The position numbers were made by a program, and so were the translations under genes. This document shows positions 24,513 through 52,889 of a stretch of 64,000 nt of DNA, one piece after another. Position 1 is the stretch's first letter, and each line of letters opens with the position of its first letter. The notes below the pieces were generated by a model. That model worked only from the letters and a program-made list of their open reading frames with translations, made no database searches and was not told where the DNA came from. This DNA is from Hormiphora californensis (taxonomy: Eukaryota; Animalia; Ctenophora), in the NCBI GenBank assembly GCA_020137815.1, contig CM035356.1:1922001-1986000 (forward strand). The letters run 5' to 3'.

Positions 24513-26274
24513 ATGTCAGCCCCAGCCAAGCTGTACATTGGTAATCTCGATATCAACACCAACAAGGAAGACCTAACTGATGAATTCCGGAGGTTCGGAA
24601 AGATAAATGATATCCAAGTTTGGAATTATAAGAACCCAACTGCCTTTGCTTTTATAGAGTATGAGGATGATAGGTGAGGTTTTGATAATTTACATGCTAA
24701 TTTAGTGTTATTTGTTGGGCTATAACAATCACGACTTATCAGTTTAATAATTTACCGTTCTTCTTTTCTATCAGTATCTTCACCCCCTCCTCTGTATTCC
24801 CAGGGATGCAGAAGACGCCATCGCATCAATGGATGGGAAGCGGTTCCTAGGGATGAGGCTAAATGTACAGTGGTCCAAAAGCTCTGGAAAATGGAAAGAA
24901 TCGCGACCGAAATCGTGAGTCCTTCAGCGCCTATCTCGACCAGCCCACTCTCTAACCTTTCTTTACACATACATCCGGGGATCCATGACTCTCAGAGAGA
25001 TACCTATCCCTCCCGTTCTCTTTACACAGAGAGGATACTATCTAATTCTATCTTTGCATGATGGAAGGTATTTCCGGATAATCATAGTCCCCCTGCCCCC
25101 TGCTGACTGCTGTAACAACCCCACCCCCTCTGATATACAATTATATTTCTAACCCTCTTCCTCTCCCAGGTTTCATAATAACTACGGAGGCTACAACAAC
25201 AGAAGGAACGATTATAACTCTCCAAGGAACTCTAGATATAACAACTATAACAGGAGATACTCACCACGACGCCGATCTCCATCTCCCAGAGGCAGGAGAT
25301 CTCCCTCACCTAGGAGACGATCCATCTCTCCCCGCCGAAGGTCCATCTCTCCCCGCAGACGATCTATCTCCCCCAGACGGCGACCCTCCAACTCTCCAAG
25401 ACGGCGACCCTCTAACTCTCCAAGGAGGCGTTCTCCCTCCCCCAGAAGAAGAAGATCCCCATCTCCCCGAGGGAGGAGATCCCAATCACCCAGACGTAGG
25501 TCACCCTCTCCTAGAAGGCGTCTTTCCCGGTCACCTAGGAGACGGCCCTCTCAGTCACCTCGCAGGACGTCCAGGTCACCTCGCAGGTCGTCCAAGTCGC
25601 CTCGTAGGACGTCCAAGTCACCTCGTAGGACGTCCAAGTCACCTCGCAGGTCGTCCAAGTCGCCTCGCAGGTCGTCCAAGTCACCTCGCAGGTCGTCCAA
25701 GTCGCCTCGCAGGTCGTCCAGGTCGCCTCGTAGGACGTCCAAGTCGCCTCGCAGGGCGTCCAAGTCACCTCGCAGGACGTCCAAGTCACCTCGCAGGTCG
25801 TCCAGGTCGTCCAAGTCACCTCGTAGGACGTCCAGGTCACCTAGACGAGATGGATCTCAGTCTCCAAGAAGGTCGTCTAAATCCCCAAGATCTGGAGGTT
25901 CCCAATCCCCAAGAAAGAGATCTCTCTCACCAGGAGGCTCTGAATCGACATCAAAACGATCCAGAAGAGACGATGGAGGGGAGAGGACACCTGAGAAAAT
26001 GGGGGATGAAAGTAAAGAGGAACACAATCAGACAGATGACCAGAAAGAGGCTCAGAACGATGAACATGCTGAACAAGATGACAATGATAATGTGAAGCCA
26101 GATGAAAGTAGCAAGTCTCCAGCAGATGAAGGTAGCAACTCTCCAGCAGCCCCTGAGGAAAGTAACAACTCCCCTCCTGTAGAAGAGAGAGAAGGTGGAA
26201 GTCCCTGTTCAGACAATGAAGAGAAGAGAGAGGCTTCTAATTCTGCCCCTCAGTCTGAAAGTGATTCTGACTAA
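24513..26274 (+). CDS. SR-family splicing factor paralogue 1 (one RRM, long RS/SPRR domain, acidic tail), 458 aa
   Basis: Exons 24513-24673, 24804-24914 and 25170-26274 join in phase. RNP2 KLYIGNL, RNP1 TAFAFIEY, EDDRDAEDAI. Confidence 0.9.
25555..25848 (+). repeat. Coding 21-bp tandem repeat, SPRR(S/T)S(K/R), about 13 copies
   Basis: TCACCTCGCAGGTCGTCCAAG-type units in frame with SR paralogue 1. Confidence 0.9.
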
Positions 26275-26711
26275 ACACTGTTAACATCTCCCCTGTCCTG
26301 TGTGTTCTGATCAAGTTATTTTTTCATTTCATAAAACATCCTGTCCCTGTTGTGTGGCTCACACCGGTAGATTAATCAGTCCCTGGTTTTGTTTTGTGCT
26401 CTCTCGGAAGAATTGAAAGAGAGAAGGACACTTTTAATCTACAGTCTCGAAGGAAGCTCAGTAAATTAGCATTCTCTATTTGTGATACTACAGACCACTC
26501 TCTATCTAATTTATGTTGTTTCGTTTTATAATTATATCCAGGACCATTAACGTGGTCTAACTGATTTGAGAAATTACTATACGTTTTTAATTGTTAAACC
26601 CCCATCTAACTGACACCCCGCCCCCACTCTACCCTGTTAGCCCCCATTCCTATTATAACCCACCCCTCCATCTACTAACCCCACTCTCCCTTTCTCTAGC
26701 TCCCCCACACC

Positions 26712-29452
26712 ATGGCTAAGTTGTACATTGGCAACGTTGACAAACACACAGACAAGAGGGAGCTGGAAGCTGAGTTTGCGAAGTTTGGTAAACTCCGGGA
26801 GGTCTGGGTCGCCCGACATCCACCTGGTTTTGCATTTGTAGAATTTGAGGATGATAGGTGAGTGATGGGGAGAGTTGCCTTGCTCGACCCTCTCCGCGTG
26901 TTCGAACATAACAAGTGAGAGAGTTATCTGTTTGATATTAACCAGCTAGTTTAAGTGTGACAAGTCTCCTGCACAAGTCTAATAGTTTCCCTAACCCCTG
27001 TGTCTCTCTCTCTAACCCCCCCTCTCTCTCTCTAACCCCCCTCTCTCTCTCTCTCTCCCTAACCTCTCCTTCCCTCCAGGGATGCAGAGGATGCTATCCG
27101 AGAGATGGATGACCGGAACGTGTGTGGTAGTAGGATCAGGGTTGAATGGGCTAAAAGTGCCGGGAGAAAGCCCCCTCCCAGGGGGGCCGCACCGGGAGGA
27201 CGCAGAAGGTTCGACCCTCCCACCCTCCTCTACCTCACCCCTCCTCCTCCTATCATCTTATCCGTCGCCTAACTACTATACAAATCTGCACTGGTCGTAA
27301 CCCATCAATTCGTCGAGATAATATCTTCAAACTATCATCAATTCGTCGCATCGAACAGAGAGAGAGAGAGAGACATCTCTCTCCCATCTTTCTCGCCCCA
27401 TCGCCTCGCAGTTCTCATCTCTCACCACATCACGTGCTCTTGCTCGTGGTAAGAAACCCCCGCTCGTTCTTCTTACCCCCCTGAAAATTGATAATGTGTG
27501 TTTAAATTGGTACCCCAAGAGTGAGTTATGTGTGATCTGAGTTTAATAAATTGATAGTAAACCATTTCCGGAAAATCCTAACTCATCCCTTCTCTCTCCT
27601 CCCCAGGTCCAGAAGCCCATTCGGTGCGGGTGGTGGTGGTGGAGGAGGAAGGGGCCGATCTAGGTCTCCCTTTGGTGGTGGTGGTGGTGGTGGCAGGAGG
27701 AGGTCTGGGTCTCCCCCATATCGAGGTCGCCGACAGAGCCCCCCTGCCCGAGGTGGTGGTGCTAGAGGCGGTGGATTCTCACCCAGGAGACGATCTCCCT
27801 CTCCATATGGCGGTGGAAGACAGAGGCGCTCCCCAAGGTATTAATCAGTGTTAAGGGTACACCTGGCGTTTTTCATCATCGAGTGCCCAACCAAATGACT
27901 TCACCAGGGTTTAGGTCATACAAAATGGACCTCAAATATGCAATTTTAGCCCTAAAGTCGAATTCATATTTTTGCTACAGCCTATTTTCAAAGTGGTGGA
28001 ATTTTTAACCTCAGGACCACTTTTTTTGAGATAGAAACATTAAATTCTTGGAATTTGAAGAGAATATAAAGGTAAATAAGCCCAAAGAAGGATTTTTGAA
28101 ATGGAGCTTATTTCTGGCCATGAGAGCGGTTTACTTTTTTGCTTCTTTGACACGCTGGCTGAGAATGTTTCCATGCTTCATTAGAGATGAAAATCTGGAA
28201 ATAGTTGCTCAAAACCATTATCTATGTGGCCCAAAAATTTTGGAACTTTCCCGCCAAAGATGTGGTGTACAGAGCTTGTTTTGTGAAACCCATCTTTTTG
28301 AAAAAGAGGGAAATTCCCTGTATCTCAAAAACGGATGATCGTAGAGACCTGCGACCAAGCTTAATCGATTCAGAAGGTCCGATTTTGGGGGGGTCTTCTG
28401 AGAGACATTTTGCTCCTACTCCAACCGTTTTTGCTGTAATTGCGAAAAAGGTATCAGCAAGTAAGGGGGAAATTAGCCCGAAGCAGGCTACTGGAATAGA
28501 GTTGTTCCCCCTTTTCATAGAATTGGTTTTTGCAAGTACAGCAAAAACGGTTGGAGTAGGAGCAAAATGTCTCTCAGAAGACCCCCCCAAAATCGGACCT
28601 TCTGAATCGATTAAGCTTGGTCGCAGGTCTCTACGATCATCCGTTTTTGAGATACAGGGAATTTCCCTCTTTTTCAAAAAGATGGGTTTCACAAAACAAG
28701 CTCTGTACACCACATCTTTGGCGGGAAAGTTCCAAAATTTTTGGGCCACATAGATAATGGTTTTGAGCAACTATTTCCAGATTTTCATCTCTAATGAAGC
28801 ATGGAAACATTCTCAGCCAGCGTGTCAAAGAAGCAAAAAAGTAAACCGCTCTCATGGCCAGAAATAAGCTCCATTTCAAAAATCCTTCTTTGGGCTTATT
28901 TACCTTTATATTCTCTTCAAATTCCAAGAATTTAATGTTTCTATCTCAAAAAAAGTGGTCCTGAGGTTAAAAATTCCACCAAAAATTGAAAAAACGCCAC
29001 TTTGAAAATAGGCTGTAGCAAAAATATGAATTCGACTTTAGGGCTAAAATTGCATATTTGAGGTCCATTTTGTATGACCTAAACCCTGGTGAAGTCATTT
29101 GGTTGGGCACTCGATGATGAAAAACGCCAGGTGTACCCTTAATATACCTGTTATCAGTGTTAACATAATTTAATCTGAGATTAGAATTGGCACGTTCCAC
29201 CGTCTGCCCACATTCCTCTCTCTTTCCACACAAAGAGAGGGTAAACGAGCGCGCGCGCTGTCTCTTTATAAAGTGCACTATTGCTCACATTTGCCTATCA
29301 ATTTTGAAACGACACTTGTTGTCATCTCCTTATCTCTCCCTCTATTTTTCAGCCGGTCTCCACGAAGAAGCCCAGACAGATTCGCTGATAACAACAGATC
29401 GCCTGCTGCTGCTAGGGGAAGAAGTCCAGGATATGATAGTTATAACAGATAA
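26712..29452 (+). CDS. SRSF3/7-like: SRSF3/SRSF7-like splicing factor (paralogue 2)
   Basis: Exons 26712-26857, 27080-27208, 27607-27837 and 29353-29452 join in phase. KLYIGNV...[29 protein letters not shown]...RIRVEW, then an RS/RG domain. Confidence 0.92.
27855..29138. mobile_element. Foldback non-autonomous DNA transposon, Kolobok-like
   Basis: TTAA at 27851-27854 and 29139-29142, with termini GGGTACACC..GGTGTACCC. Near-identical arms of ~590 bp surround a ~80-100 bp spacer, which mirrored ORFs in the track confirm. Confidence 0.9.
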
Positions 29453-29938
29453 AGGAGGTGTCTACAAGACGTTCTTATATCAGCCATCTTAACCTATATC
29501 TCGTCTCCGCCGTGTGTGTGTATCTTGAAAGAGTGTTCGAGAAAAAAGTGGACTATTTATGAGAGCAGTTTAATTTGAGTTTTAAACAATGTACGATCTC
29601 TGTTATCACGATTACTCTCTCTTTGTAACTGCGTTTATGAAATTCGCTTGTTTTGGGCTCGTTCAAACAACTAAACCCTGCTTCACCTTTCTCTCTCTCT
29701 CTCTCTATCTCTATCTCTCTCTTTCTCTCCCTATCTCAAAGTGAAGCATGGTTTACAAAATAAAATATCTGTTTTCAACACGAAAAAACAAGGAGAAATC
29801 ACATGTACAAACATTGAATACAAATACAAGGAAGTAATCTCGTCAAATACTTGCGGAATTTCGCGTTTCCGAAGGAATTTCCTGGAGGAAACTCCGCCGA
29901 ATTCCATTTCCACACCCAACACAGTTGTAGGGAGTACT

Positions 29939-29990
29939 CCTTGTCAGCGCTGTTCAGCCGCGCGGCGCAGTAGAATAAGCGCTGACAAGG
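29939..29990. repeat. GC-rich stem-loop
   Basis: CCTTGTCAGCGCT ... AGCGCTGACAAGG. Confidence 0.7.
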
Positions 29991-30458
29991 GTCTAGGTAC
30001 TGCTAGGAAGGCCCACAAGAGCACTTTTAATATCACCCTCATGAACGGGAATATTCAACCCAGCCCGAATCATCATTGACACGTTATTAACGGGCCGTTA
30101 TAGCCACCGATATATCAAGATTAGGATAGTAACGGTGGCTAAAACGTGTAAAAGGCTTGCATGTGAACTTGGAGAGGAAGAGGGGCTAAACAGAGGGGCT
30201 AATGGTGTTAACATTCTCTTATTTTAAAAGGATTCACCATTTAGACAGGAAATGATCATATGATTCATTCCATATTCATGAATATAGGTAATATTTAGCT
30301 TTCATCCAATGATTCATTGAATCAATATGATGCATCTTTCAACCTCTCATACAGTTTACACAGTTGATGACTTGTTACAAGAAGCTTTTGTTGCTTGTCG
30401 AGCTTTCCTGACAGTACCCCCACAAAAACCAGTTTAACCCTCCCGACATTGAATTGTC

Positions 30459-30531
30459 CTGTCTGGCGCCTCGACCCCATCTGAGCGCACGTTCGCTTTC
30501 AAATTATGGGGGGTCTGGCGCCACCAGACAG
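30459..30531. mobile_element. ~73-bp MITE with 8-bp TSD
   Basis: TIR CTGTCTGG..CCAGACAG flanked by GAATTGTC on both sides. Relatives at 57193-57267 and ~54745-54805. Confidence 0.75.
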
Positions 30532-30594
30532 GAATTGTCAGGCGACTCAACCCTGACGCAGTCTCCACGAATTAAAGACAAGAATCTCACACAC

Positions 30595-47908
<17,314 letters not shown>

Positions 47909-49861
47909 TTACATGCCTGAAGGGATGGATCTGTTTATGAAGGAGCAACAAAGATATTTATGAAGGAGCAACAAACAAATCAGTATACGTGACAGAGAAA
48001 ACTGTTGATTCGTAAACAAAAGACAGAACACAATCGGATAGAGTGGACCGATAGAGTGAGAGAAAGGAAGATAAAAACAAAATATCTGATTGAAGAAGAA
48101 TAATGACAAACGACTGCTGCAGCAGCCCATATGTACACACAATGCTACTAGTGAGCTTTATAAAAGGGGGAGATGCCCTCACAATACATACTCTCACAGC
48201 GAGAGGATGCTGCAAGCGGAACAATTTGCGTACAGTACACACGGTCATTATGTGTGGAGAGAGATCGTGTGTGTACTGCATGGAAGTACATAGTCAGCTG
48301 ATAGTAGCTGAAACATAACTGGTATAGTGAACCACAATTCAAAGTGGAAAATACAAACAGCGATATTTTAGACTATTATAAAACAGAAAGAGAGAGGTGG
48401 GACGGTAATGGGATGTACACATGCAGATCTTTCAAGTAGCGTCCCTAGCAACGAAGAGCTGGAACTGATGATCGATACTAGAAAATAGAAAATATAACTC
48501 TGCAGTCGAATACTGGAAATAAAGAGGAAATATAAAGCAACTTAGGATAAATTAGGCAGTATATTTAGTACAATAATTTAGTACAATAATTTAGTACAAT
48601 AAGCAACATATACTATTCCAGAAAGCAATACACTATACACACAAACATGCTTGCACTATCTTTTCCCTCAAGACACAGTATGTGATACCAAGCGAAACTC
48701 TTGTTCTGATCATTTATTTACTTTATCTCTCCACCATTCACTCTACTCTATCTTTTTCTAGCTCACTTTCTCTCCCTCCGATATGTCAGAACGTTTGAAA
48801 ATTATGAGGTCAACTGTCCAGAAATAGAAACAAACACTTGAAAAGCTCCAGATGATTTCCTTGACTCTATAGGACCAATCACTTGACCGCGCTGACATCA
48901 CGTGATATTGAGTAAGCCAATGAGAAGCCAGCATTAGTATCACGTGACCAGATCAGCTGACATAGTATTGGGGGGCAGTGGTAAACCGAGTATACAAGTA
49001 TATTGGTGTGACGGGGTTGTTACTGTCTGTCCAGCTTCTCTAGGCTACAGATGTATACTTGGTGTATTTCTTGAGGGACAAGGAAGTGTAAACCCCAACC
49101 TCAATTCTAACCCTACTCACAGCTGCTGTTAGAGCATTAGCCTGACAGACCCACTGTATATGCAGTAGTGACGAAATTTATGGCTCCACATGAAACGAGG
49201 TGTGGTGATCCAAAATATTTTTACAGCAGATGTTTTCTCTGCATTTCACTTTTCCTTCCCCCTTCTCCCTATTTCTACATCACTCCCTCTAAACGATTTC
49301 TGGCACTTTTGGCAGAGCCCGATTTCACCACACCTGCCACAGTGTCTGATCTAACACTGTGTTTCCTAATACAGAGACTGCAAATATAGCTCATTCAGAG
49401 AGTTACACGTGCAGCAATGACCTCCACCTTCCCTGAACAGAGAGAGTGCAGCATTCTTAGAATGCTCCTATACACGTGCTATTTTTCAATTCCGTCTCAG
49501 AGAATTGGCGCTCCATCATACATAATATACCTGGCCTAATGAAAACCTGTTTCAATGACATTTCCCTTTGTGTGTGTGTGATTTCATGCCCCACTTCCCC
49601 CAATTATAAAATCATTTTTATTGGATTTGATGGTTTTATAATATGGCTGACACACAGTGACAGAGAGCGATATATACGGCCATATTATATGCGTGTGTTT
49701 TGTTGTGTTTGTGTAGGCACGACATCATAAACACCCTGTTTCCCACTATGCAACAAGGCTTCTAATACAATTGTGATATATACCGACCACTGCTGAAAAC
49801 CAGAGCTGTCTATAGAGAGTGTCTACAGTGGTTTAGTCTAGTTTTGTGTCTCTCTGTTGCG

Positions 49862-52800
49862 ATGCTTACTGTCATCTGCTTTGCCTTGTTGGGTGAGTAA
49901 TAAACTGATTATTCTGAACAGGTCCCCATTGACATACCGGCCTTTCAGGGAAGTACACCTCTTTTTTTACTTCTTTAAACTGAGACCGGAAAGAATCGAT
50001 CCGAAGAACTGCAGTAAAATTCAAATCACAAAATTGAACCGTTTAGGAAATTAGATCGACTAGATGGGCTGGTTTCATGTAAATTACCTCACACGCAAAC
50101 CATCATTTCCACAGACAGACCAATACAAATGATATGTCTACATAGATACTTTCTACTGAGGATCGGTTGATTGTTTATTAGCCGCATAATCAGTAATGAA
50201 GTTATCTCCTTCCCGCAGTACAAAATAGACGGGTTTCATGTAGTACAGTCGGACCCCGATTTAGGGACACCCTCTGGGGAAAGACTCTTGTCCACTAAAT
50301 CGGGGTGTCCACTAAATCGGGTTCAAATAACTAGGGTTAGAAAGATGATCATGGCCCTCAATTAGTAATAATCGAACGCCAACGTCCAACTTACAGAAAT
50401 CGAACGCCTTTGGACATGGACACTTCATCGATTGTTTTAATTTTGTTCTTGTGTAGGGACCTGAAACAAGGTATAGTAGGTTATGAGTCATCTGTCATAT
50501 AAAGATTTATCATGTTGTTAATTCCATGTCTCTGACTCTCATTCACCCAGAAATATATTACTCGGATAATGGGAATCTGACTACTGAAGTAGTAGTGTCA
50601 TAAGGTATTCTTCACTCTGACGTGCATCAGTCGATCCAAAACAACCCCCATGATGAGCCGTGCTTTAAACACATAACAACTAACCATGTTAGGCAGGCCA
50701 TGAGGGTGTGGAAGGACGAGGGTGTGGGTATATGATAATTGTGTCACACTACAATACGGGTGGAATCTTGATTGGATTGAATTCTGTTGAACCCATTTCA
50801 TGTGTCGGTTGCACAGTGCACTCTCATTTCGCGAGGAAAATATAATAGTCCATACTAGTAGGCCCGTTCGCCCTACGGGCGAATTTCGGGGAAATGGTAG
50901 CTGCAGCTGGATTAGGGAACGCTGACATCACATGCACTATCCGTTCCTAGCCTATCTCTCACTTTCTCCCTATCCATGTTGTTGTACGCTCTGGGCTTCC
51001 TGACAATGTCAAGGTGCGAATTTAAGAGATCAATGTCATGGAGGTGCAGTGCTGTTCCAGAAACTCATCACGTGAAAACTTCGCCGCTATGTAGCCGATT
51101 CGGAGATTTCTATATTCGACTGGAGTAATCACCCTTGGGCGACGTTGGGTAAAGCTATCCGTAGTCGTTGTCCGTTGATTGGCTCGCTTGAACACGTTGG
51201 CGTAATATGTCATATATTCTCTAGCCTGCTCCCTGACAGCAGCAGATCTTCCGGACCCAGATGACCGTTGCCGAATAGCGCTTGGGGTGGAAGAGCTAGA
51301 CATCAGGACAGAAGTAGAAGAATGCACGTGCAGAATTGAATTGGCCCTTGGTACCCAACTACAACCGGCAGATAGGTCTCCAAGTCCCTCTAATAATTGC
51401 ACGTGCAAGTGTAGTTGCTAGGTGATGTAGCACTGACAATTTGAATAGTAAGTAGTATGATGTTAATTTTCGTATATCGGGGGAAAAAAATCCTGTCCCT
51501 AAATCGGGGTGCCACTAAATCGGGGGCCCTAAATCGGGGTCCGACTGTAGATAGATACTTGCTACTCCAATATCTTTCTTGAACTCTGCACCGCTAACCC
51601 ATTGTTGAGATATGCAGTTACAGGAGTGAGATCAGGGAAAGCAGCAAAGGCTCGAGGCAGCAAGAATTCAGGAGGGAAAGTGTATGATGTTGAAGTTAAT
51701 ATTAACTGGAGGTATTATAAACTTGTCTCTCTAACAAATTAGGTGTTTTTTAATCACTTCATCGTTTAATCACTTCATTGTTACCCCACCCCATCATATG
51801 AACACTGTCAGGCAATTGGGTGCTTTCAACTCTCTGTACCATTTTTTTTACTTAATAGCCCCCCACCAGACCTTGCAGTGTGTGACGAACACAACGAATA
51901 GGGGGTAACCATTAATTTCACTCTAGGTTGAATTACGACCCAAAGTTTATATCTCGTCTGTATACGGTGATTGAGGAGGCACCCAGTATGGGCAGCGATG
52001 GGACTACATCTGCCCCTATTGTTGTTGAGTCAACGGGAGAATCAGACAACTTCCTACCCGAGGGGCACTGTGAGTATATTGGGCTTTTAACGGGAACCAA
52101 GTAACAACCAATCAGAACTCGTTATTTAGGTCACGTGACTGGTTATCAGCCAATCAGGGACCAGTATTTCCAGATTCGGTCGGTTCCTGGCTTTTAACCT
52201 TCCCCTAGGCATATATGTAAATCGAGGTCTGACTGTATAACTTCCCAACTTGAATACGAAGCAATCGCACGAACGAAATAATCAGGATGCCGGATGTTTT
52301 TTCAAACTATCGCTGAATATTTGACTCATTTCAGATTACTGTACTTACTGTGCTCTGGCTACAGATGACTCTTCCTGTCACCAAAAGTATCAGATATGTA
52401 TTACTAAGGAGGGATGCTACAGGCATATCTACATTAAATATGGACAGATATTTGTCGATAAGGTATAGTTGAGAGAATCCATCAACAACAAACGCCAAAG
52501 ATTCTAATAACTGAACACCGATTCAAACATCACGTTGACTAACTTTTCCCTATTCACATGTTTCTTTCACTAAACATCTCTCCATCGCTCCATATATCTA
52601 TCTCCAGGGATGCTAGACAGAGCCGCTCACTAAATAAGATTCACCAAACCTCTCTCTCCATCTATTACAACAGGGATGCTGGGCAGAGCCGCTCTACGAC
52701 AAGTACGGGAAGTGCCAAAGTACTGAGCACCACGAGTTCCACGATGGACACGAGGAGATGTGTGAGACCTGTATCGGCCCCATGTGTAATAGTGAGGTGC

Positions 52801-52889
52801 TGCTAACTGTTATCGGGGGAGCTAACAATATAATGACGTCATATGTAGGGATCATGTGGTTGATAGTTGGTTGGTGTCTCTTGTTGTGA
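49862..52889 (+). CDS. Secreted/GPI-anchored protein with a Ly6/uPAR (three-finger)-like domain, ~203 aa
   Basis: Exons 49862-49892, 51618-51711, 51927-52069, 52335-52462 and 52674-52889 join in phase. Signal peptide MLTVICFALLVTGVRS, a 10-Cys domain from CTYC to KGC to CETCIGPMCN, and a hydrophobic C-terminus. Confidence 0.8.
50246..51547. mobile_element. Non-autonomous Tc1/mariner-pogo-type element
   Basis: TA|CAGTCGGACCCCGATTTAGGG...CCCTAAATCGGGGTCCGACTG|TA, with repeated subterminal CTAAATCGGGG motifs. Confidence 0.85.
50855..51460 (-). mobile_element. Non-autonomous Helitron
   Basis: Minus strand: A|TCATACTACT... at the 5' end; at the 3' end a hairpin GCCCGT-AGGGCGA-ACGGGC followed by CTACTAG|T. 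Confidence 0.75.
52091..52189. mobile_element. hAT-type MITE (~100 bp)
   Basis: C(G/A)GGAACC..GGTTCCTG termini and an 8-bp TSD GCTTTTAA. A second copy lies at 59304-59418. Confidence 0.85.

Noticed and set aside
25535-25840. Antisense ORFs with repeated LRGDLDD (RGD motifs) and TWTSCEV
   Set aside because: Shadow frames of the SPRR heptad coding repeat on the plus strand.
28048-28927. Identical 96-aa and near-identical 182-aa ORFs on both strands
   Set aside because: A consequence of the palindromic transposon, with no protein-like features.
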